Below are positions 36,725 through 45,893 of a stretch of 45,893 bases of DNA, one piece after another. Within the stretch, counting starts at the first letter, position 1; every line of letters begins with the position of its first letter. Under the pieces are notes generated by a model. That model made no database searches. It saw only the letters and a program-made list of their open reading frames with translations, and was not told the origin of the DNA. Source of the stretch: Klebsormidium nitens (lineage: Eukaryota; Plantae; Klebsormidiophyceae); the NCBI GenBank assembly GCA_000708835.1, contig DF237616.1, positions 1-45,893 of the forward strand. The letters run 5' to 3'. A program made the translations under genes and the position numbers.

Positions 36725-39700
36725 TCAAGTCGCCAAGTCTGGTTTCGCTACGCTCTCCCGTTCCACGCTGGCACCCGTCTCTGCCCGCCTCCGCTCATCC
36801 AGGAACCCCGCCAGCACCTCCTTGGCTGCCCGGTACTGCACCGCCGCTCTCTTTGCGGTCTCCACGCTCTCAAATGCGCGTGCGGCTGGCGGCTGCTCGT
36901 CTCGCTCGGCGGTAACAGCGGCACTCTCGACCCCCGCGCCGGCATCTCCCAACTGCCGCACCTGCTCGAACATGCGCCGCCGCGACAGCCGCGACTCCCC
37001 CCCCGGCGGGGCATCCAGCCTGCCGTCCTCGGAGCGCACTCTCTCCAGCCCCTCGTCCCCCTCTGCCCAGCTCTCGCCGCACTCCGTCATCGGGGCGCCC
37101 GTCTCGACGCGGAACGTCCCCGAGACGCACGAGAAGGCCTGTGCCACCTGGGGCTGCCTCACCGTGAACGGCTCCGGCAGGCGTTCCGCCAGGCCGGCCA
37201 GCGCGCCGGCATTCCGGTACAGCTCCGCGTCCGCGTTGACCGTAACGGAGGTGAGGTAGACGGGCGGCAGCAGGTGCGCGAGCAGGCCGCCCTGCACGCC
37301 CACCACGGTCCAGCGCAGCACCTGCGGGAGGACGAAGAGGCGAGCATGGGAAGCAGCAGGAGGCGCCGAGACGTGTGAGGCAAACGCAGAGGGCGAGGCA
37401 CGTGCGGATACTAGGCGACAACCAAATAGGGTGGGGGTAAAAGGCGCCCAGCGCTGTTGCTAGCCTGGCAATCCTGGCGTCTGGTCGAAACTGAGGAGCC
37501 GAATACCGGATCTTCGCGGCCCTTCGACCTACCACACGAAACCTACATCAGAAGCACAGTCGGATTCCTTCAAAGTTGCCGTTTGAGCAATCAGACAATC
37601 AAGAATGCTCCTATCCAACGATCATTGGAAAAGATGCCATCCCCTCTTTTGCCGCAGCCCGTCCTCCGCCCCGTACCTTGACTTGCCGCGTCTCCCTTTC
37701 CATATCTTCCACTGCTCCGTTGTGCGCCTGCTGCGCCCGCGGCCGTGACACCCAGAGGTGCACCTTGACGCCGTCCCGCAGCCGCCACCGGCCCCCGCTC
37801 TCATCGCGGCAGACTACGGAGTCCTCCTCCGCAGCCCCGGTCTCTGTGCCAGCCACCTGCCCGTTTGCTTCCGCAGGGTTATCTAGACGAACCGCTTCTG
37901 CCTCTGCCCCAGGTTCTGGGACCGGCTCTGGCGTATCCGCCCCTGGTCCCCCGCTCTCCAGGCCCAGAGCCCAGGCATCCGGGGTAGCCTCTGCCGGCTG
38001 GTCGTCGCTCACGCCCTCCGTCATCTCGACCTTGGCTTTCTTCCCTCCCCGCACGTCGTCCAGCGGCTCCTCCTTCGCGCTGCCGCTCTCCTCCTCGTCG
38101 CTCTTGACGCTGTCCCGGGCTGCCTCGCCCACTGCCTCCATCGCACCCCCCCCGCCTTCCGCCGCCACTGCGGGGCCTGCCTCGGCAGCTGCATCTCCGC
38201 CGTTTGCAGCAGCGTCTGATTCCTCGACGGGGTCCGGGTTGACCGTCTCCAACGCCGTCCTTCCTCGTCGCCTCTCCTCGTGCAGCTCTCGCTCCAGCTG
38301 CGTGCACAAGAAGCGCCGGAACGCGCGCACGGCCAGCACCTCTGCGCGGCAGTCGCGCAGGGAGGCGTCGTCGCGGGCCAGCTGCGGGGCGGAGTGGCTG
38401 CCCGTGCCCAGGGCCACGCAGCGCAGCGCAGGCTCGCCGGCGGGGGATGGCAGCTCCAGGATGATGGCCGCCAGAACCTGCGGAGACACAGCAGTGAGAA
38501 ACTACGCTGAAGAAGAAAGGGGTGGCGTTGTGTACCCCACATGAATTGGCCGGACTGGACGTACGCACAAGGACAAGGTGATGATCTACGGGCGGACATA
38601 GCATGATCTTTCTCAGTTTAGATCCATAATCTGCTCAACCGCAGAACGTCCCGCCCTCCAGACTCGCAACTGCCCGAGTCTGTTTCCCCCTCGGAGTGGC
38701 CGGCTGCGCTCACCTTCTTCCCAGGCTGCGCGCTGCTGCTTGCCGGCAGCTGCCGGTACTTACGGCACGCCACCTTCGCCAACTTGTAAGCGAACGCATT
38801 GCTCCCCGCTCCCTCCGTCTTCCCATCATCCTGCTGGGAGTCGCGGCCTCCCAACTTCCTCTTCTTGTCTGCCCGCTCCCTCTCTAGCTTCTTGGGCCCC
38901 TCGCCCTGAACTGCGGGCGACGGCTCCGCCTGTGCTGTTTCCTTCCGCGCCTTCTTGGCCTTCCCCCGCGTGAGCTCCTCCAGTGTCCCCGGCCGCTGTG
39001 CCTCCAGGTGCTGCAGCACTGCGTCCGCCACCCCTTTCTTGGCCTCCCCCTTGCTCAGGCCCTCCGCAGTGAACGTGCGGCCGTCCACCGCAAACTCGGC
39101 CACGAACGCGGGCGTGACTGTCGGCAGCCGCCGGACCACGATCTCGAAGTGTGCCCCTCGGCGCATGGTGTACTCGTTGAGCAGGCTCACCGGGTCCTTC
39201 TCGGTGCCCGCCACCGAAGCATACACCCGCTTGCCCAATGCTGGGCCGGGGCTGGTTGCAGGTTCTACCAAGTGACTGGCTTGCGGCGCAGCTGGCGCGG
39301 TCCCAGATTCTCTGGACTGAGAACCGTCAGTCAGGGCCAACTCGACCCTGGCGGCAGAAGGGCCTTCTGGGGGCCCCTCTTTGTTCTGGGCCCCCTCTCC
39401 TGCGCTGCTGGTAACAGGAGGGGTCCTTCCTGCCTGCTGCGGTTGCGTTGCGCTGCCTGCAGTGGCGGGGCCCACCCCTGGGAGCATCTGCGCCAGCGCC
39501 GCTATTTCCTGTGCCGTCACTGCTGGCGCTGCGCTCTGGGCTGGCTTGCCCGCCACTTGGGGTCGCTGTTGGGCGGGCTGTGCGTCAGGTCCTTGCAGGC
39601 TCTCGAGGGCTGCGCGCGCCGCCAGCTTCTTGGCAACGTCCTTGCGTGGGGCGCCCGCCACAAAGAAGCGCCCTGCGATGGCCAGGCTGGCCGTGTGCGT

Positions 39701-41231
39701 GGGCCCCACCCAGCGGTCGCCCGCGTCCTCCGAGAAGCTGAAGACAGCATGCACCCCACGCTTCTGGCACAGCTCGTTGAGGGCGCTCATGGGATCTTTG
39801 GGCGCAGCGCCCGCCACTGCCGCGGCTGGCGGCCCGCCCTGAGCAACCGGGACCCAATTGCGCAGTCCCGGAACGCCGTTCAGCGCAGCCTCGGCTACCG
39901 CATTCTTGGCCGCTGGCTTGGAGGGGCCTGTTTGCGTGAACGTCTGGCCACAGACAATGAGGGTGGCGGTGTGGCGGGCAGTTACTTGGTCCGTTGAGAA
40001 GGAGTAGGCGGGGGCGGCCAGCTTGAGCTTCTGGCAGGCCTCGTTGAGCAGGCTGATGGCGTTCTTGACCAGGGGGGCAATGGCACCCCCCGCCCGGTAA
40101 GCCACCGGGCTGACCAGCACGCCTGCACAGCAGGGGAGCCATGCCTTGGATTGACAATTGTCTTTGCAGCGGAGAAGAAAGGTTGAGGATGCATCTTCTG
40201 GTGTTTGGCTTGCCATCTGGTGCGCTTTACAATTACTTTATTGAGGCGTTATCTATTCATATCGTGAGTGAGGGTGCAGCAAGCATGCGGCCAGGTGAAA
40301 TGACTGGCTTTACTCCACGACTCGCGCGAACCCAACTGTCCCATCACATACTAAACAAATTGGATGTGCCGACACCATGCCCTGTTTCATCGTTTGCACT
40401 TTCAGCTTCTCACGTCAACTTTTGCAGATTTGATCAGGTCATTGGGCCTTTTATCAGGGGCTTACATCGCAGGATCTAGTGGGGGCTACAGGCACATACC
40501 TTTCTGCTGTGCCGCTATCGTGTTGGGCACTGAGCGCGGAGCAAGTGCGGTGCTGGAGGGAGGCGACCGGTGGGGACATGCCGGGGATGGCCTCCTGGTC
40601 TGCCCATACGCAGGCGGACCACCCGGTTGTTGCAGTGGGGGGGCTGCCAGCTGGCTGGCGGGGTGGACCATTGACGGATGCTGCACAGTGTACTGGGGCG
40701 CGTGGCTGGGGACTGGCTCGTGAATGGCGCCCCCAGGAGGGTAGAAAGCGGGTGGGGCTTGCCAGGAAAGTGGTGGCTGCCCCAGGTGGTAAGGTGATGC
40801 AGAAACTGCACGCGGTTGACGAACTGTCAAGCTAGCGACTGGTGCATCCCAGATCTCAAATCAACAGATCCTGATGACCCAACTGCGCCTGTCAAGCCAT
40901 AAAGAGATTGCGTGGCTGCAACATGAGAATAATGTAAGAGCAGCCTGCCTTGCCTCTGGGACCCAGAGCTGCACCTGTGCAGTTCGACGCAGCTCATGTT
41001 AGGAGATCTTAAAAGGAGCTTTGCCCCTGGCAGCAGCAATGCAAAAGTTTGTGTCATGGTCCGCTCACCTGTGCCTGCTCCAATGCCAGCATGCGTCTGC
41101 TCCCAGCTCCCCAGGCTGCCCTGCCTGTAGTGGTACGGAAGTGCGCCGTTTGCTTCATTCTGAGACCTAGAAAGACCAGAGGCCCCTGCTCCTTGTGCCT
41201 GGTCCCACCCCACAGGCCTCCACGACGCCAT
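36725..41231 (-). CDS. ADAR-like protein: three dsRNA-binding motifs plus a degenerate adenosine-deaminase (editase) domain, ~1100 aa, 5 exons
   Basis: Exons 41231-41069, 40823(or 40838)-40500, 40122-38714, 38477-37677, 37321-36725; GT-AG with consistent phases. Editase motifs GKK|VLAAII, ALGTG, DCRAEVLAVRAFRRFL, RWRLRDGVKVHLWVS, K|VLRWTVVGVQGGLLAHLLPPVYLTSV, SRLSRRRMF, AKRAAVQYRAAK. Basic NLS-like KAKKARK and KKRK. The two 5' P/Q/G-rich exons are less certain. Confidence 0.88.
39005..39199 (-). other. dsRNA-binding motif 3 of the ADAR-like protein
   Basis: KDPVSLLNEY...PAFVAEFAVDGRTFTAEGLSKGEAKKGVADAVLQHL. Boundaries approximate. Confidence 0.85.
39597..39799 (-). other. dsRNA-binding motif 2 of the ADAR-like protein
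   Basis: KDPMSALNELCQK...GPTHTASLAIAGRFFVAGAPRKDVAKKLAARAALESL. Boundaries approximate. Confidence 0.85.
39872..40066 (-). other. dsRNA-binding motif 1 of the ADAR-like protein
   Basis: KNAISLLNEACQK...HTATLIVCGQTFTQTGPSKPAAKNAVAEAAL, an alpha-beta-beta-beta-alpha pattern. Boundaries approximate. Confidence 0.85.
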
Positions 41232-41577
41232 GCTCCTATATGGCTACACTTGCCAATCTGCTGGCCCCAATGTTGCTATCGGTGCACGTCAGGCCAGCTC
41301 AATGAGGGAATGCAAGGTTCCCGCAGGGTTCTTCACAAAGAGCTGCTGCAGTTGGATTTCAACACCTGTGCTACGAAGTTTGCCGAATGCCATACCTTTG
41401 CGTGTGTGTGTTTAACTTTCTTTGATTCCGCAATGCAGCGGTACCATGGCGGCCTTTGGCCTTCTGGGCATGACATTGATATACAGGTCCGCTAGCTAGC
41501 TGCCGCTGCGATTCAGCCTCAGCGACTCGGCCCGTCGGCGTCAGGGGGCGGCCCCTCGATCCGCCATGAGGCTGAGC

Positions 41578-41612
41578 TCCTGATTCCTGAATCCTGAATC
41601 CTGAATCCTGAT
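41578..41612. repeat. 7-bp tandem repeat (TCCTGAW)x5 upstream of the ADAR-like gene
   Basis: tcctgat tcctgaa tcctgaa tcctgaa tcctgat. Confidence 0.85.
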
Positions 41613-42323
41613 AGTAGTCTCAAGATCGACACTGGGTACAATGGACGGCTCGATCCTGACTTCAAAACTCATCGGACGGCTAGTAATGACGATGTCAGAA
41701 ATTCTGACATGCAGCCGGGCCAGCGACTGAGCAGTGCGGAAGTGCACAGTGCACGGCGGGCCGCGGTAGTAGTTGTAAGTACCAGTGTTCGTGGCGAAAC
41801 CTAATTGATTTCGCCAATTAGGTTTGCGCATTAAAGTTTGCGCACATTTGCGCATTCTGGTCAATTTCGCCAGCCTGGCGAAATTAGCCGCGGCCGCGCG
41901 CGGCCGCGCAAGAGGTACGCACGCCCGCGCGGGGCGCGCCGCTGGGCGCGCGGCGCGCCGCTTGCATTTTGGAGACTGCTCATTGGTTCAAGAACCTCGT
42001 ACCATGTGGACCAGATGGGGGAAGGTGATTCGCAATTATGAGCCATGTGTCCGCAACCGCAAAGAATCAACGTCAAGAATGCACAGACCTATCCAATCGA
42101 CGTTGCACAACCCTCAGACGTGATGACTGAGGTGGCACTGTCATTCGCGCCAAATAACACAAGTTGCCGGGTGTTGGCAGCCATGGGCCCATGATGGCAC
42201 TGCAACTCTGATGAGTCTAGGTAGCCTAACTGTGATTCATCGTCCATGATCTTGCCAAGCTTGCACTCTACAACAAATGTCTCAGTTCTTTGCAGCTGCG
42301 AGCTGAGGTCTGAGCTGCTCACC

Positions 42324-45300
42324 ATGGCGTCTCCTGGCTCTGATGGCGCGGGTGCTGCTACTGCTGGTGTATCTGGGGCCAGCCAGCAGTCTACTATGAC
42401 CAGCTTCTTAAAGAAGAGGCCGGGGCGGCCCAAAGGCGAAGTGTGGGAGCACTTTGAGAAGATCTCAGGGCCAGATGCTTCGAAGCGCCATGTGGTGAGG
42501 TGCAACCACTGTAACAAAGAGTCCACCGGCCGGGTGGAGCAGATGGTTATCCACATTGCGAACGAGTGCGGCAAAGCACCCACCGAAGAGAGGATGAAAA
42601 TGCTGGAGAAACTGGGTGCAAAGGCTGACGCAGCAGACGAGAATCCAGCTAAGAAGCAGAAGGGCAGCACTGGGGTCCAGCAAAGGATCAACTATCACGT
42701 CGACACCTCGAAGGTGACGGCAGCTCAGAAGAAGGCCTTGGACCTGAAGCTGCTGCTGCTATTTGTCATGTGCGGCATCCCGTTCATGGTGGCCAGCAGT
42801 CCTTGGTTCCTGGACTTTGTCCATGCTCTGAGGCCTAACTACAATCCAGCAGGTATGTCCTCCTCAAACAGCTGAACTTGGTCATCATTTGAGGGGTGGT
42901 AGTATAGAGGCAAGCATCCTTGGATAGACAAGTACGAATATTGATTATCCTTCAGTGTGCCTTGGATGGGCCAGGAGGTTTATCCGTATCCTCTGTTGAG
43001 ACTGTATCCAGAGAAGCAGATTGCCCTGTTGGCGTGCTTTCTTTCATCATAGTCTTTGGTGAGCACTCTTCCAGAAGTTACTGGACCTGGTCGGTTCCAT
43101 GTGTTGCGCACAAGGGTGTACTGAGACAAGATGGAGAGCTGGGTTGTAATCCATGGTCGTTTAGTCAAGTTCTTTTGTTCACTCAGTTGTAGCTGACTCA
43201 TAAACGTGTGCAACTCCATCCTTCTGCAGGCGACTATGCACTGCGAACATCCTTGCTGCTGCAAGAGGCTGCGAGAGTGGAGTTAGCAGTGCGCCAGGAT
43301 TTGAAACGAAGAAGCATGTGACCCTGACTCTCGACGGCTGGACTGATGCACAGAAAAAATCCGTCTATGGTTACACCGCCACATTCCCGGACAGGCAGGC
43401 GCGCGTGCTCAAGATAGAAGACTACTTTGAAGACAAGCACACATCTGAGTTTCTCGCTGGTAAGGGACAAGAGGGTTGCGTGGATCTATTCATTGCCTTG
43501 TTCTTCACCTCGTGCAAATGCACTAAGCACAAACTCAAACTTGTCAGCTTGGCATTCGCAACTTTGATCAAGCGCATTCCTGCTGGCTTCATCTGATTGC
43601 CTATCACAACATGCAGAAAGGGCATTGTTCCATATCGCGCAATGGGGTTTTGACAAGTTTATCGCCCTCGTCACGGACAACGCGGCCAACATGGTGAAGA
43701 TGCGCGCTCTGGTTCTACGCCACCCACAGGCCAGACATATGATCAGCTTAAGGTACAACTCTAACTGGTGGTCTCCTTTTGGTTTACGACTTTCTGCATG
43801 GGTTTCCATTCTAAGTATTCGTTGAAGCTGCGTCGTTCTTTGCATATTGATCAGCAGATTTGCTTGCTTGCTCAGCTTGATATTCTGGTCAAAGGACCCA
43901 GGCACGTGACTACAGTGCAAAAGCCTTTTGAATCGGTGAGAGGATTCTCTGCTGCGGGCTATCCAGTGTTTCGAGACCCAACTCTTCCTTGTCTGTAGGT
44001 GTTTCATGCACGCGTTTGCACTGTTCATCGGCTCCATTTTAGGCCACCAGTGGGCAGCCCCTCTCATCTCTGACGCCCAGCGCGTCGTCACCCATTTCCG
44101 CGCCAGCCACCGCTGCCTTGCTCTTCTCAACAAGCTCGCTAAAGCTTTAGGTATCTCTAGGGGATTGCAAACTTCCAATAAGACCCGTTTCACTTCCGTT
44201 CACAACTGCCTCCAGTCAGTCGTTGAAAACGAGAGGGCACTCCAGGCTGTCGTCCAGCAACACCCTGAGGTCTTCACCGCACCTCGCAACGGCACTTCAA
44301 ATCCTAAAACCATCATCCAAGACCGGCTCCTTTGGCCCAAGCTTGAGGCCCTCTGCAACCTTCTAGAACCATATAGCCAGGTCATCACTGCCATCCAGTC
44401 ACGTAACGCCACAATAGCAGACGTCGCACGCTACTTTCTCTATCTAGGACAGCAGGTTAAGAAGGTACAGGCAAACGAGCTCCTACCTCTCGATTTTAAG
44501 AACCATTGTGTTCTTACTTTCAACAAGCGTTTCAAGGAGATGGATCACCCAATTCTACACCTAGCGCTCTTCCTCCATCCCTACTACAAGGCGGCTGCTG
44601 ACCAGAGGTCTCAATTCTTGACAATTAGTACAACGGTGAGCTCATTCAGCCACTGATTTTTGCTTTTTAGTAGCTGACTCGAACAATTTGGCCACCTTAG
44701 ACGCTCTTCCAGAGCTCAGGTCAAGGAGTCTCTATTGTGGCAAGATTGAGAATCGAGCTGAATCACAAACTGTTTGATGAACAGATCCCTGCCACATATA
44801 TCTTTAACTCACCACTCTGCTCCGCTTTCGGGAAGCGCGTCTTGTATTGGAGGTTGTTTTGATAACCTCCTTGACTGTCATGGACCAATCGGAATTGCCG
44901 TGATTGCCCTTGTAAATCACAGCATTGTAGGCAGGGCTGTTTGCAGAAATCAAACTTGCCAACTGCGCACTACCTTTCCCTTTTGTGAAGTTGCTCACAA
45001 GATTCCGGATTGCGATTTCATGTTTCCATTGTCTTCTCTTTGCAGGCAGTAGAGCTCTGGAAGAACTACGGCCATAGCCCCGCCGAAGTCAAGCAGCTGA
45101 TGCACGAGATGGTGATGTACAAGGCAGGGGAGGGTCCTTTTGGGCTCGTCATTGCCCCAGAAACATTCGACCTTCGCCTATGGTGGCAGACCGTGCGCAA
45201 CAAGCAGTACAACACCCTGGCGGCCCTCGCCCTCATCATCGCCGACATCGTCCCACATGCTGGAGACATCGAGCGAGTCTTTAGCATGATGGGATGGATG

Positions 45301-45390
45301 CAAAACGACAAGCGGAACCGTCTCGGCACCGGCACCCTCGAGCTCATGGCCAAAGTCAAAGTCTTCCACCAGGTGCAGAAGCCGAGGTGA
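42324..45390 (+). pseudogene. hAT transposase (BED zinc finger, DUF659-type catalytic region, dimerisation domain) with one frameshift
   Basis: Exons 42324-42852, 43230-43459, 43617-43752, 43999-44635, 45046-45390 (the gene may continue via a donor at ~45387). Motifs VWEHF...CNHC...HIANEC, TLTLDGWT, VTDNAANM, CFMH, TSNKTRFTSV, WW, IERVFS. A 1-nt deletion at ~43300-43310 (TTGAAACG where TTG AAA ACG would be in frame) breaks exon 2. Confidence 0.85.
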
Positions 45391-45526
45391 GGACAGGCTT
45401 CGAATGGGTCTGGCAGATGACTGGCACCTGCCTTTGAAGAGAGTGCTTTAGTACCGGTTTTGTCGTCCTTCTCTTTTGCTGAACTTTATTGACCTTCTCA
45501 AGGCGTGCTGAAATTTGTTCCGGACA

Positions 45527-45563
45527 GGGACACGTGGCAGTACCTAGGGACACGTGGCAGTAC
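45527..45563 (+). repeat. 17-bp direct repeat containing the ABRE/G-box ACACGTGGC; a third ACACGTGGCAG copy lies at 45722
   Basis: GGGACACGTGGCAGTAC at 45527-45543 and 45547-45563; ACACGTGGCAG at 45722-45732. Confidence 0.7.
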
Positions 45564-45893
45564 TTGTTCTCACCGCTCTGGCGTTGCTCACTGCATGCTT
45601 TTTTTTCTTGATGCGCATAAGGGCTTCGCTCAATGTATTGATTGATCAACCGCCCTGAACTTTCAGCTCGGGTAGCAATAGGCTCAGTAATAACTGATCA
45701 GGATGACTTGATTCGTGACGTACACGTGGCAGGCTCTCAGTGTTTCTGGCCCGGCTCAATTGACGTCATGACTCTTCTGCCCCTTGAAATTCAAACGGAG
45801 AACCGCCCTTTTATTTTGATCAGTGTTCATAGACTGTGATAAAGATGTAATCATGATCAGTTCTGACAAAATTGTAATTACTCGTTCCGCTTA

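Larger units (their letters stand above)
41783..45893 (+). mobile_element. hAT-superfamily DNA transposon; right end not found in the window
   Basis: Starts with a hAT-type CAGTGTT terminus, followed by palindromic subterminal motifs (41797-41825, 41863-41885, three TTTGCGCA). It contains a BED-finger hAT transposase. The left boundary is inferred; no right TIR or TSD is available to confirm it. Confidence 0.8.

Noticed and set aside
37686-38348. Idea that RNA editing could restore the lost His/Cys ligands of the ADAR-like protein
   Set aside because: CGC-to-CAC needs G-to-A, and CGG would give UGG (Trp) rather than Cys on C-to-U editing, so known editing chemistry cannot restore them.
1-45893. 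CRISPR arrays, rRNA, tRNA, snRNA genes and prokaryotic defence systems
   Set aside because: No repeat-spacer array, cloverleaf or rRNA-like segment was seen by eye; the window is intron-containing eukaryotic DNA.

Overview
Eukaryotic nuclear DNA with GC-rich exons, GT-AG introns and two N-gaps. The gene set (SFR2, LDIP, PB1-type B4 RAF kinase, plant-type isopropylmalate isomerase) points to a streptophyte green alga, plausibly Klebsormidium; the organism is my inference. I hand-assembled six spliced host genes with reading frame consistent across all introns: IPMI large subunit (-, 4591-8064), LDIP-like lipid-droplet protein (+, 8748-10532), PB1-domain RAF-like kinase (-, 12728-21867), SFR2 (-, 24287-29402), a cytochrome P450 (+, 30870-35023) and an ADAR-architecture protein (-, 36725-41231). 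There is also an intron-containing hAT transposon with one frameshift (from 41783), a Tc1/mariner-type MITE (22356-22645), a degenerate inverted-repeat element and a 60-bp NdhF/ND5 relic. The standout is the ADAR-like gene. It has three dsRNA-binding motifs fused to an ADAR-type deaminase fold, an architecture regarded as essentially animal-specific. All three zinc ligands appear replaced by Arg, the base-flipping loop region is deleted and an acidic insert of about 145 aa is present, while the catalytic Glu and much of the IP6 pocket remain. It looks like a plant-lineage pseudo-editase. Alignments to reference proteins were done by eye from remembered sequences, not by database search.
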